Shown: positions 51,800 through 64,000 of the stretch, in pieces
Numbering within the stretch: position 1 is the stretch's first letter
Layout: each line of letters starts with the position of its first letter
NCBI GenBank assembly: GCA_964016885.1
Contig: OZ024741.1
Coordinates: 162,936,001-163,000,000 of the forward strand
Direction: 5' to 3'
Length of the DNA: 64,000 bases
DNA from: Eledone cirrhosa
Lineage: Eukaryota
Translations under genes and position numbers: made by a program
The notes under the pieces: model-generated
What the model was told of the DNA's origin: nothing
What the model saw: only the letters and a program-made list of their open reading frames with translations
Databases searched by the model: none

Positions 51800-54027
51800 A
51801 GGCTCTCTTTTATGAACACATTCTTCCAGCACATAGTATAAGGAGAATTGGGGTCAGAGATCAATAATTGATTTTGTTATTGTCTCTTTTCTCTTCGATC
51901 CTCTGCTGGGTGTTTGTTAAAAGAGAGGGGCTGAGCTGTCAACTGACCACCATTAAGTTATCAGCAAGCTGAGACTACCTAAAGCCAAATACGTCCACAA
52001 AGCTGGCATGTCCAGGGCGATCTACAGGATTCAGAGAGAAACGCTGGTGAATAAGGAAGTCAGGTTCACGTATGCAGATACGATTGCATTTAAATTCAGA
52101 GAACTTCCTGGACGTATTAAGGACATAGAAACTGTATGGAGACTGTTCACCTCAGTAGTTTCTGCTTCAGCTGTTAAATGCGTCGGGTGAACGCAGCTCG
52201 CTGTGACGTCGGGTGGCAGGAGGTTCTTTAGTTTAATCAAGTGGTTAAAGATACTATCCGAGCAAAAAAAGGAAGCTTACAAAGCTTGACTTAGAAATAA
52301 CTTGTTGCATTTGCCGAACAAGTAGGCACGAAAAGTCACAGCAGAGACAGAAAAGGTATCCAAATTTAAGACAGGGAGGATTTGGGTGTTAAGCTGAAAT
52401 CCGACTTCAGATCAGCAAATAAATTATTTTTGCAGATCATCCGCCAATTACATAATAAGCTCTCCTCCACGCCTGCTACCAGGAACATGTCAAGGGAACT
52501 CTTTTCTTCAGAGAGTTGCATCCTCGCGATGTGGAGAGAATACTTTGCCGAACTCCTAAACCAGGTTACAGCATCATTTTCTGATGTCCATGCGGTGCAT
52601 CTGGGAGCGGTGACCTACCCATTGGGGGCTGAGGTCACAAAAGCAATTAAAGGGCATAGATGTGAAAAGGCCTCCGAGGATGATGAAATTCGGCCCGAGA
52701 TGTTAAAAGCATTAAATAGAGAAGGTATTCTGTGGCTGACGTACGTGTGTCGGGTGGCCTGCAAGGGCACTTGGAATGGCACATTTGACGGCACCTAAGC
52801 AATGGAAATCTGTAGTGATAATTCCAATTTTCAGAAAGGGAGACCAGAGAGATTGCTCCAATTATAGACGGATCTCCTCGTTAAGTCTCACAAGTAAAGT
52901 ATATGCTAAGTGTTTGACAAAGTGATGTAGGGTTATTGTGTCCAAGCTAGCGACCCACTATTCACACTGTGGAAAGTTTTTGAGAAATTGAGGGAGTATA
53001 GTCAAGAGAGACATGCTTGTTTTGTAGTTCTCGAAATGGCATATGGATAGCTTCTTGTTGCACTAGTGCCTTTATACGATTGCCCCGGTATTTGTGTTCT
53101 GATAAACGGGGCTAAGCGAAAATCATTCAATGCCAGTGTCGGACTCCACCAAATTTGCGTGCTATCACCTCTGATATTCACAATCTTCATGGACAGGATT
53201 GATATGCGAAGCCTGGCTGGAACTGGTATCAAGATTGGCGAGTGTAGAATCAATCGGGTGGAATTTGAAGTAGACATTGTATTACTTAACTAGTCAGAAG
53301 ATGATCGTCGACATGCAGTTGATAGTCTTGCTGCCGAGTGCTACACGGCAGGAATGAAAATTAGTACTGCGGAGACTGAAACACCCGTGCTTTCAGAGGG
53401 GCCTGTACACTGTATTGTGCATGTGGGTGGAGTTCCGTTAAAGTAGGTGGAAAAGGTCAGGTATCTAGTTCAAGAATGATACAAGGCAGAAGGATGAATT
53501 AAGTGCACGAATTACAGGAGCTGATGCATTAATGCGCTAGCTTCAGCGTTCTGTCATTAGAAAAAGGGATGTAGGCGTAAAGCCAACTGGCTATCTTCAT
53601 TTCGGTATTCGTGCCAACGGTTATCTATGGTTATGTGTTTTGGGTAATGAATGAAGAATATGATCGCAAATGTAGGTGGCCGAAATGGGGTTCCCCCAAA
53701 GGGGTTTTGGAATAACGTTATTCGATCGAGTGCGTAGCTCAGAGATCAGAGAGTCGCTCCAGGTAGAGTTGTTACGTCTTCAAATTTACAGATCACAGCC
53801 CAGATACTACGGACATGTGGTCAGAATGTCTAAGCAAAATATTACTGGACAGAATATACGGGAAAAACCAGCCGGCAGGTGACGCAAGAGTAGACACCGA
53901 GAAAGATATTTGGATAACATCCATAGGTTAGACTGATCACGCTTGGGGATCCAGCCGGATCAATTGGAAATGGTTGGTTCTGGGAGAAGGCATGCTTGAG
54001 TATTCCCTTCCCTCAGCCACCCCAGGA
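51800..54027 (+). pseudogene. RTE (Rex3/Expander-like) LINE, end of EN through RT to 3' end, decayed
   Basis: KRGAELSTDHH, WREYFAELLN, DEIRPEMLKALN, PIFRKGDQRDCSNYRRISSLS, GLHQICVLSPLIFTIFMD and YGHVVRM; many stops. Confidence 0.9.
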
Positions 54028-54218
54028 ATAATAATTGTTTCTACTTTTGGCACAAGGCCAGCAATTATACCAGTGCATGACTGGTACTTTATTTTATCGA
54101 CCATGTAAGGATGAAAGGCAAAGTTAACCTCGGCAGGATTTGAACTCAGAATGGCAAGGGCCGTAACTCTATGCGTCAAAGCATGGCGTCCGACCCTCTA
54201 CCGATACTGCCAATCCAC
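54028..54218 (-). mobile_element. SINE family A inserted at the LINE tail
   Basis: Matches the consensus. Confidence 0.9.
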
Positions 54219-54257
54219 CAATTATAAGAAATAAACGTAAAAAGTAATATTATAATA

Positions 54258-54498
54258 TATGTATAGTATATTTGGCAATACACTGTATGTTTAATTAAAA
54301 ACATTTAAAAGACCATTCGCTATGAGTTTTAAAGTAGTGACTATGTCACTTACTTAATCTCGGCAAAAAGTGGCCGCTCTCTGTTGTTTTTGCCAAGATT
54401 AAGTAAGTGACATAGTCACTACTTTAAAACTCATAGCGAATGGTCTTCTAAATGTTTTTAATTAAACATACAGTATATTGCCAAATATACTATACATA
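54258..54498. repeat. Fold-back palindrome, 112-bp arms, 17-nt loop
   Basis: 54258-54369 vs 54387-54498; 3 transition mismatches. Confidence 0.92.
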
Positions 54499-54789
54499 CA
54501 TTCATGTATACATCGCTATTTCAGAGCACCAATATTAATATTATAATAAATGCTTTTAAGATATAGTTACGTTAAACAAGTTGCAGTTATCTTACGAACA
54601 TTTCTTTAGTTGCTTTCTTTCCCTTTGGTTCATTGGGCGACTTTCATTATTTCTGTATAAATTATAAGTAATGGAGTTAAGATTACTTATCTCAACGCCG
54701 CATCTCTTTTATATTTAAATATTAGTCAATGATAAAATAAAATAACAAGATATAAAAGCATAACACAACATTATTATTTCTACACATAA

Positions 54790-54980
54790 GGACAGAGAAT
54801 TGGCAGTATCGGTAGAGGGTCGGACGCCATGCTTTCCAGCATAGTTACGTCCCTTTACGGTCTGAGTTCAAATCCCGCCGAGGTTAACTTAACCTTTGAT
54901 CCTTACGGGGTCGATAAAATAAAGTAACAGTAATGCACTGGGTATTTGCCGGCCTTGTGCCAAAAGTAGAAACAATTATT
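54790..54980 (+). mobile_element. SINE family A
   Basis: Matches the consensus; flanked by a ~32-bp duplication. Confidence 0.9.
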
Positions 54981-56401
54981 ATTCCTACACATAAGGGCAG
55001 AGAATTGGTAGCCTCGGTCGAGTGTCGGAAATATGTCCTACAAATTGCTGGTTTTTGATCCAATATTAGAAGAATTATCACTACACATGGATTTCTTTAA
55101 AATATTAATATTTGATAAAAGAAGCATTAATGAAAATAAAAAATAAAACGAAACATAATATCTTATATCGCAGTTACAAATATTAGTAAACTATATCGCA
55201 TTACGTTTTTATTACTGCATGAATTTTCTGTTGGAATTTTCATCTGAAATGTTTGCGAAAATAAACATTTTTTTTTTGTTACCATGTTGACATGTAGTTC
55301 TATGTGTCTTTCTCGAAGTGGCTCAAATCGGGAGTCAGTAATGTATAGTGAAATATTTTGTTACGCAACGACTAAATCTCATATCCAGTTACCTAAATAG
55401 ATGGAAACAAAAGTTTAAAAAAGAATGAGTCGTTACATGGAGGCGCTAATAGATTACATCTTAACGTCTCCAGTCGAACAAATCCATAGTTTTTACCTGT
55501 GCTAATGTACCACATATTAACTACGCTGGTTGAATAAATAACCATTTTCGAGCCGTCAAAATTAAAACAGAAAAAAAGGAATCCTTACAGAAGAAAACTA
55601 TACAATAAAAATAGCAAAAATCTTTATTGTTGACACGTAATCTGAATCCTACTATCCAAGCTTTTCATTTTCTTTGTCAGAACAATAATGAATAAAGTGA
55701 TACCTCTAATAATATACTGTGGCATTCAGTTTTTTAACCTCATATCCTTTGTAATGTGTTCACGACAAACTAAACTCGAGGCCTGAATACAATAGTGGCA
55801 GTCAAATTTTCAATCATTTTTTAAATTTCCTTTGCTATCGATGTTTATTTACAATAAAATCAGTATTGTGTTGTTATGCTTGTGGCTTTTGTCTCATGAG
55901 ATTTTAAAGGTAACACTTTGGTTTTCATTTTCAATTTCATTTTGTTTTATATTAAAACAACTGTTAGATTTCTTATTAAACAATAGCCATACCTAATAAT
56001 ATTGAACCTAGTGTCGAGTGTTTAACACCTTGTTTATCATAAATTTCCCTTCGCCGCATTCTATATTATTACATCTGGATCTTCACTCAGAGCATTCAAC
56101 TTCGTATAAGTAGTAAATTCTAAAACACTACATAGATTCTAATAACTCTTATTCTATAAGCATTAGGCAGCCTCAAGCACCAACTTATTTCTTTATTTCG
56201 ACATGGTATTATTTTATTTTTTACTCCTTTTTTAAATATAATCATGTATGTGGTTTTGTGAAATTTTTCAAATTCTATTCTAGAGATTGAAGTTTGGTAA
56301 ACTATTACCATCAGTATGAGAATGTACTATTTCCTAAGGCATATTTATGGTTTGTTTTATGAAGAACAAGTTGAACATTCTTTGGCAATCAGGAGACAAA
56401 T

Positions 56402-56591
56402 ATAATTGTTTCTACTTTAGGCACAAGGCCAGCAATTACACAGTACATTACTGGTACTTTATTTTATCGACCCCGTAAAGATGAAAGGCAAAGTTAACGT
56501 CGGCGGGATTTGAACTCAGACTGTAAAGGGACGTAACTATGCTAGAAAGCATGGCGTCCAACCCTCTACCGATACTGCCAATACACCGCCC
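56402..56591 (-). mobile_element. SINE family A
   Basis: Matches the consensus. Confidence 0.9.
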
Positions 56592-56888
56592 TTCAGGATA
56601 CAAATATAATGATGTACAGATATATTTCTGATTACACCCATACATATATCAATACGTACAAAAAAACACACACACACACTTACATACATGGTTGTGTGCG
56701 TATGTGTATGCGCATGCGCGAAATCATAAATCTCTTTCATAGAGCTTGTGTAAATGAATGTATAAGTTAAACAATAGATTCAACGACTGAAACGAAATGA
56801 TTTGAATGAAAACATCCTTAGGGAAAAATAATGAACATACATAAGTAAGATATAAACCATCATTGCATTCAAACATACACACATACAT

Positions 56889-56920
<32 letters not shown>

Positions 56921-57132
56921 GCGTGTATATGGTCGTATATTATACAGCAAATCCTAATAAGGTCTTAAAGCGTTTCAAGGCAAAGTAGTTATAATTTTAT
57001 TTCAAGGGCTTCTAACAACAGCGAAATGTTTCATCTGGATCGAAACAAAATTACCTTCAGCTGAAAGAACTATGTTGTTACAAACTCACGCATGAAACTG
57101 ATATACTATATAACTATACAAATAACTATAAC

Positions 57133-57416
<284 letters not shown>

Positions 57417-57744
57417 TATATATGTGTGTGCGTGTGTACATAACGAAGAATCAGAAAAAATTCAAAAGCAAAACAACTTGGAATACTGGGAAAAATGAGA
57501 ATATTAATTTAGAGAAAATCAGAAAGATATAATGTAGTAAAGGAAAACGAAACACAGGAGGGGGTTAGATTAGGGATCATGAAGAGTTGAAATGTAAACC
57601 ACTCAACACGGTGAAAGAGTGTATTCAGGTAACACTACTTAGAACATCTCGTTACCTACCCTCAGTTTCACACACACACACAGTATAGAGGTAACCTAGG
57701 CTGCGTAAATGCGTATATGAATTTATACTTGTTTAGTATATATG

Positions 57745-57960
57745 CATGTATGTATGGTCCCGTATGGTCCCGCAATTATTGATAGAGTCGTAGGGGCGCC
57801 GTATTGACATACGGCGTTTCTTGGACATTTTAAGCCTGGCGAAGCCCATTCCTATCCAGGACTGAGTACAGGAGATTTCTACAAGAGAAAGATATAAAGT
57901 GAGAGAGAGGAAATGATAAAGAGATATACAGCAGGAATCCACACCAGTACTAAACTGGTA
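57745..57960 (-). mobile_element. SINE long-tail fragment
   Basis: gagtcgtaggggcgccgt...acggcg is reverse-complement homologous to 29600-29630. Confidence 0.6.
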
Positions 57961-59291
57961 CTGTGTAATAAACGGTTATTTTCATATCTTCCAATATTTT
58001 TATATCTTCAAACATTTTTAACATATGTATCCAAATATTTATATATATGTGGAATAACATATGATTTTTATATATAGTTTTTTTTTTATATATATGTAGA
58101 ATAACCTATGGTTTATGTTTTAACTATATTCTTAAGATAAATTTTTTAAAACTTTATAGCAAGTATGACTTCTTATAAAATAACCTATGGTTTATGTTTT
58201 AATTATACTCTTAAGATAAATTTATGACTTCTTATAAAATAACATGTTGTATGTTTTAATTATACTCTTAAGATAAAATGTTTAACTTTATAACATTTAA
58301 TCCTTGGAATCATTTGAGATCTTAAAAAATCACTTCTAACTTCCTTTATACTTCTTTATTGTTTTTATAATATAATTAAGTAGTTATTCCTTTGTAAACT
58401 CTCGTAAATTTTCATATATTTTGACTTACAACTATTAATAAATATAATTTTGCCAAACTTACTTTAATAAAATAAACTATACTAGATTATCTCTAATGTA
58501 AAATACTATATATTTATTTAAATAATTTATAATCCTTAACATACACATCTAACCCAATATATTATTACTAATACATCTTAATATAATATAAATACTTCTG
58601 TTTTAATTTTAATTTTTAATTTTAATGTTTTAATTTTTAATATTAATATTAAATTATTAAATTAAATCTTTAATATTAAGACAAATTTTAATCTTTAATT
58701 TTGATTTCTAATTTTTAATTTTAATATAATTTTTCAACCTATCATTATAAATATTATAATCACAACGTAATGAACCCTATATTCGAAATATTATTCTTTC
58801 ACGTTAATCTTATTTCTTCTTTCACTTAGATATATTTACGCTATGTATATTTTTCCATTAAAACTTATTTCTTCATTCATTCTGACTTTCTTCAATATCA
58901 CTATGTATAATCGTTCTTTCTTTCCTCTTCTCTCTTTCTCCTTCCTTTTCTTTTTTTTTCTTTTTTCTTTTTTCTTTTTTCTTTTTTCTCTGTCCCTTAC
59001 ATATCATCCTCTTCCAACAGTTTAATTTAAATAAACCTTTATCTTTTCAACTTTTCGGACACTCATTTGCATACTCACTCAGAACTTTGTATTACCCTCA
59101 ATAAAATATTATCTCCACTATCCAGGAAGCTCCAACGGTTAAGGTTGTCTTTTTTCCGGGTATGTCAATATTTATTTATAAAACAAATCTGTATTTTATC
59201 TGATGAAAGCGCACCATATTTTACCTTGGTTGCCCGTGAAATATACATAATAAAATAAATATGGTTTTATAAATATAGTTTCCATTTATTA

Positions 59292-59295
<4 letters not shown>
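57960..59295 (+). mobile_element. Non-coding AT-rich PLE derivative with terminal hammerhead (family of 3590-5020)
   Basis: 59090-59295 aligns with the reverse complement of 3595-3780; 57965-57995 with ~4320-4350; ends in (TA)n. Confidence 0.7.
59193..59256 (+). ncRNA. Type I hammerhead, core intact, stem II weakened
   Basis: attttat-CTGATGA-aagcgcacca...tggttgcccgt-GAA-ATATACAT-A-ataaaat. Confidence 0.65.
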
Positions 59296-59340
<45 letters not shown>

Positions 59341-59534
59341 GGAGAGAGAGACAGAGAGAGATATACACTATCACATTATATCAGAATGGGCATGCACATT
59401 TACCTAATACATTTGTAAAATTAATAAGGAAATAGGGGTTTCCATATGATTAATTTCCTTTTCTTAATTTTCCAATATTTCCTTTTCTCTGTATTCTCAT
59501 AACCTGAAATTATGTCCCTGATATACGCTTATTA

Positions 59535-59728
59535 ATAATAATTGTTTCTACTTTAGGCACAAGGCCAGCAATTACCCAGTGCATTACTGGTACTTTATTT
59601 TATCGACCCCGTAAGGATGAAAGGCAAAGTCAACCTCGGCGGGATTTGAACTCAGATCGTAAAGAGACGTAACTATGCTGGAAAGCATGGCGTCCGACCC
59701 TCTACCGATACTGCCAATCCACCGCCCC
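59535..59728 (-). mobile_element. Young full-length SINE family A
   Basis: Consensus-like; flanked by a ttattaataata duplication. Confidence 0.92.
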
Positions 59729-60476
59729 TTATTAATAATAATGTTGTAATTGTAATGCTACAAAGACTTCAATGAACTAAAAAAAGAATTAATTCTTTCA
59801 TATATAAATTGCTATTAGAAACAATTAAATTATAATAACTTTTCTTAAATATTAATTTGACTAGAATTATTGCTTAACGTATCTTCGTATAATTGCTATC
59901 GATATTCCGTATATTGTTTACAAACAATGTGAATTCATAATCTCCATAAAAGTTACACTTGTCACATTTATCTTATTTCTATATTAATTTGATCTCATAT
60001 TTTATAATATCTATACATATTCTCTAATATCATTATCACATATAATTATTACCACTTGAAACATTTTTAATATCTCTCAATCACTAGATATTGAACAGGT
60101 ATTTCCACTCTATTACATAACACACCATATTCTTTCTCCCCATATTTCACTTTCATTTAGGCAAATATGATAACATTGTCATATAAAATTTAAGAGACTT
60201 TTTAACGGTTATGAATAAAGTTACGTTATTTTCATTGCATCGTGTAAGTGTTGTGATATAAGGATGTGTTTTTTTTTCAGGCACTGCTTCACTAAATATT
60301 TTATATATTTTCTGATGACATAATATTGGAGATATTTAATGTCTATTAACCAATTCCACGAGTCACATCTATGTAGAGCCTGAGCAAGCATTTCACCATT
60401 TTTAATTTTGTTGTATATTTGTTTAGAATAATAAAATGTATCAACTGTCTCATCTTGGAAATTCTCTCTTTCTCTC

Positions 60477-60554
<78 letters not shown>

Positions 60555-60576
60555 CATACACACACATATATATTTA

Positions 60577-60786
60577 TAATTGTTTCTACTATAGGCAGAA
60601 GGTCAGCAATTTTGGGGAAATCGATTAAATCGACCCAGTGCATTACTGGTGCTTTATTTATCGACCTCGTAATGATGAAAGGCAAAGCTAACATCAGCAG
60701 GATTTGAACTCAGAACGCAAAGGCCCGTAACTCTATGGTGCGAAGACATTTGTCCAACGCTCTACCGATAGTGCCAATCCACCACC

Positions 60787-60788
<2 letters not shown>
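60577..60788 (-). mobile_element. SINE family A
   Basis: Matches the consensus, with an extra ggggaaatcgattaaatcgac segment. Confidence 0.85.
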
Positions 60789-60872
<84 letters not shown>

Positions 60873-60908
60873 CAACACTACATATCTCGCCACTTCTACT
60901 GAGGTTAA

Positions 60909-60954
<46 letters not shown>

Positions 60955-60955
<1 letters not shown>

Positions 60956-61600
60956 GTGGAACACTGGAAGGTAATATCCGTAGTGGTAGAGCACTCAGTC
61001 CAAGGGACGAGTTAGGTAGAAGTGGTTACACAACAGTTAGTTCACCATACTGAGATCAATTGTTTCACCTTCGCGGATCTTCAGCTCGGGATGTGTATGG
61101 TTATAGGAACAGGAAGGACAACCGTACGAACGCGCATGCGCAGAAACTCGGTCACGTCACTGCGGGAGGCGTAAGGGAGATAACTGCGAAAGTCCGGAAA
61201 GTTTTTAGGTTGAAAATAAAATAAAAAAAAATTAGTCCGGAGCCTTGTAGTTATGCAATAGATGTTTGGTGACGTGTGGACAACGTGTGAAAAATTCACT
61301 TCTCGTGTTTAGGCAATCACTATTGCGTAATCTCTGTAAGATAGTTATTCGTTCGTCAATACATAAGCCACACGTCGGATTTCCCCTTGCGTATGGCTTG
61401 GACTTAGTGATGGCTTTCCATTGAATGGAGTAGCCTATACTTGAGTCCTTGAGGGACCATACGTGGCTCGCGAGTTTCGTGGATGAACGTCTGTCCAGGT
61501 ATCTGAAGGTAGACTAGTGGTTCAGCAAACGCTCCTTGAATCGGCTCTCCACCATGCCCACATAGGATTTGACCTCCTGTGGTTCGTTTGGTCTGTTGGA
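60955..61600 (-). mobile_element. 5'-truncated Naiad-type PLE (GIY-YIG and pLTR)
   Basis: Minus strand YVGMVESRFKERLLNH*STFRYLDRRSSTKLASHVW...CGLCIDER...RCPH; homologous to 41221-41790; 3' end at (TA)n. Confidence 0.85.
61052..61087 (-). ncRNA. Hammerhead with mutated cleavage triplet
   Basis: Minus strand: gag-CTGAAGA-tccgcgaaggt-GAA-ACAATTGA-T-ctc; the U of NUH is changed to A relative to the 41315 copy. Confidence 0.65.
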
Positions 61601-61859
61601 AGTGAAAACAGCTTCATAGATTATGGCTGGGGTGTTGCATTGCTGTTGAAGGGGGCAAACTTCAGGCTTACGGCAAGAGCACATTATGAGTTAAATCTCG
61701 TACATTGTATAACAATAGATACATGAAAGCAAAGAGAAAAAAAGGATGTGAAAATAACGATGTTAGAAGGAGTCCAAGATAACAGCAACAAAGTAAACAC
61801 TTAAGTAGATATTTCAGAATTGTTGGTAATTTATAATTCTTTTTGCATATAAAGACCTG

Positions 61860-62178
61860 TATGATAGAGTCGTAGGGGAACCGTAGTGACAAAATGTCTG
61901 GGATATTTTGAATGTGGTGAGGCTCTTTCCTCTCCGTGTCTGTCCACAGTTATTTTCTTCCAGAGAAGGATAGTAATAGCCAATGAGAGAAAGAGGAAGT
62001 GAGAAAGAGCTATAGAGGAAGAATGGATTCCAGTACTGTGCTGGTACTGTCTTAATGATCTCAAAAGTTTGAAAAGGAACGTTTTCCTCGGCGGGATATG
62101 AACATAGTGAGTACTGAAGGCTGAAACAATTACTACAAGGCATTCTATCCGAGGTTCTAACAATCTTCCAATTCGCCT
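61860..62178 (-). mobile_element. Degenerate SINE (A head, long tail)
   Basis: cctcggcgggatatgaac head remnant and gatagagtcgtagggg tail. Confidence 0.5.
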
Positions 62179-62789
62179 CATAATATAATTTTCTTTACTT
62201 TCTATATATTATGGTATATATTTATTGAATGTGTTCCTTCACACTACACGTAAACGAAACTCATAAATTTTAGTGCTTCCGACAAAAGTGAAAACATTTT
62301 TAATAAAATAGGAAAAAATAACAAGGGCTGCTCTATAAGCCGAGCACAAGGAGGCATGATTTGAACTCAGAATGCGCTGAACTGGAAGTGGTACTTTACA
62401 TCTAAACCAAAAAGGGTGAAATGAAAAGTTGACCATAGCGGGATATGAATTCAAACTGAACTAAAGACTCTGCTAATTCAATTTTAAAAAATCCATCAAT
62501 AGGATATTTGTTCCAAATAAGAATAGCACGATAATAAATCGAAAATATAAATTACACCTCCATAAGTTTATCACTGGACCCTGTTTTCCTAGCCTCTGGT
62601 TTGTGTAGTATTTTAGGGTTCGGACGTAAATAATTGATAACGAAATATGATCAGGCAACCGAATGCTATAAAGTAACAGAATACATTAATTTAACAGTTA
62701 TAACCCACTGTGATAAGTGATTTCATCTTGATGTACAAAACACATTCAGACTTTTAGTATTGGGCAGAGTGCACCATATCATGAGCGTG

Positions 62790-63050
62790 AAGGTGTATGG
62801 CTTATTGATTAGGGTTTTTGGCTTACCATTGTAAAGGCGACATTTGAATTCCCCGTGGTGCGTAATGTCCTTGAACAAGACACTTTATTTCCCGTTACTT
62901 CAGTCCACTCAGCTGGCAAAAATGAGTTAAACCTGTAATTCAAAAGCCTATTCTTGTCACACACTGTGTCACGCTAATTCACCCTGAGAACCAGATTAAC
63001 TGTACACGTGTCTGAGAATGCTCAGTCATCTGCACGCTAATTTCAACTCG
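62790..63050 (+). mobile_element. SINE family B
   Basis: gaaggtgtatggct head and gtccttgaacaagacactttatttc core. Confidence 0.7.
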
Positions 63051-63335
63051 AACACTTGTCATCTGAAATGACGAAGTCCAACAAATATCATCGGTGTTAT
63101 TTGGATAGAAACACCAACGCATTCGCTTAGATTTCTCAGATCCTATCATATCGGCTACCCGCAGGTTTGAGTGAAGGAGATTATACAATGACATTTTCAT
63201 TCTGTAACCTGAGATTGTGCTGAGAAAAGAATTCGCCACGGGAGTAGGTAACACATTTCAAGATAATGAAATTGAAATAATAAATAATTCTCGGAGATAA
63301 GCTGTTTGATAATGATGAAAAAAATGATGATGATG

Positions 63336-63489
63336 ATAATTGTTTCTACTTTAGGCACAATGCCAGCAATTAACCAGTGCATTACTGGTACTTTATTTTA
63401 CGACCCCGTAAGGATGAAAGGCAAAGTCAAGCTCGGCGGGATTTGAACTCAGATCGTAAAGGGACGTAACTATGCTGGAAAGCATGGCG
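63336..63489 (-). mobile_element. 5'-truncated SINE family A
   Basis: Matches the consensus. Confidence 0.9.
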
Positions 63490-63516
63490 ATAATAATAAT
63501 CATTGTTTATATGTAT

Positions 63517-63551
<35 letters not shown>

Positions 63552-63617
63552 CATACATACATATACATACACATACATATACATACATATACATATACAT
63601 ATATATATATATATATA

Positions 63618-64000
63618 CTAGCTAAACTACCCGTCCTTTGGACGGTTCAAGTAGCTTTCGATGTAGCTCATTAAACTAAACAAAGTAAATTTGAATACAT
63701 AGAAGAAAAACGTACTTTATGTAAACATGAAAACCTTAGGCACTATTCCAGCGAAATAATTTTAGATAAATTTAAGCATAATATTGTAAAAGTTATGACA
63801 TCACTTAATGTATGAACATCAAGCTTGAAACGATAAATTATACAATGTCAAATCTATAACTTAACTTAGTAATCTGTTAGAAATTGCTGGTTGTGAAATA
63901 TACAAAATGATATTGTTAGTCTCTTTGTTTCAAGTACAAGGTGTAAATTAAAATCCGAATGAGCCGAATTACGAAAGATAACTCTTGATTACGAAACATA
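63618..64000 (-). mobile_element. Probable Helitron 3' end
   Basis: Minus strand: hairpin CCGTCC-aaa-GGACGG, 9 nt, then CTAG followed by T within an AT repeat. Confidence 0.55.

Noticed and set aside
57015-57065. Minus-strand CTGAAGG...GAAACATTTC hammerhead-like remnant
   Set aside because: Core, stem II and stem III are all mismatched; too degenerate to call.

Overview
AT-rich, microsatellite-dense animal DNA, non-genic as far as I can see. The SINE families and the (TA)n/(CA)n load suggest an octopus or related cephalopod (inference). I found no intact host gene; most ORF-track entries are microsatellite read-through. The window is a mosaic of decayed mobile DNA: Penelope-like retroelements (PLEs; Naiad-type RT and GIY-YIG remnants plus one Neptune-like GIY-YIG), RTE-clade LINE fragments, over 20 tRNA-derived SINEs, hAT-type MITEs, a probable Helitron end, and a recent duplication with 4419-bp offset. 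Two signals not shown by the ORF track stand out. First, about 13 type I hammerhead-ribozyme motifs (CTGANGA...GAAA...UH, mostly with palindromic stem III) in PLE termini from several families, four with intact cores. Second, an unusually high density of near-perfect inverted duplications (53-246-bp arms), most abutting (TA)n tracts and PLE ends. At 20.9-23.8 kb these form a stack of (TA)n-separated, snapped-back, ribozyme-bearing PLE termini.
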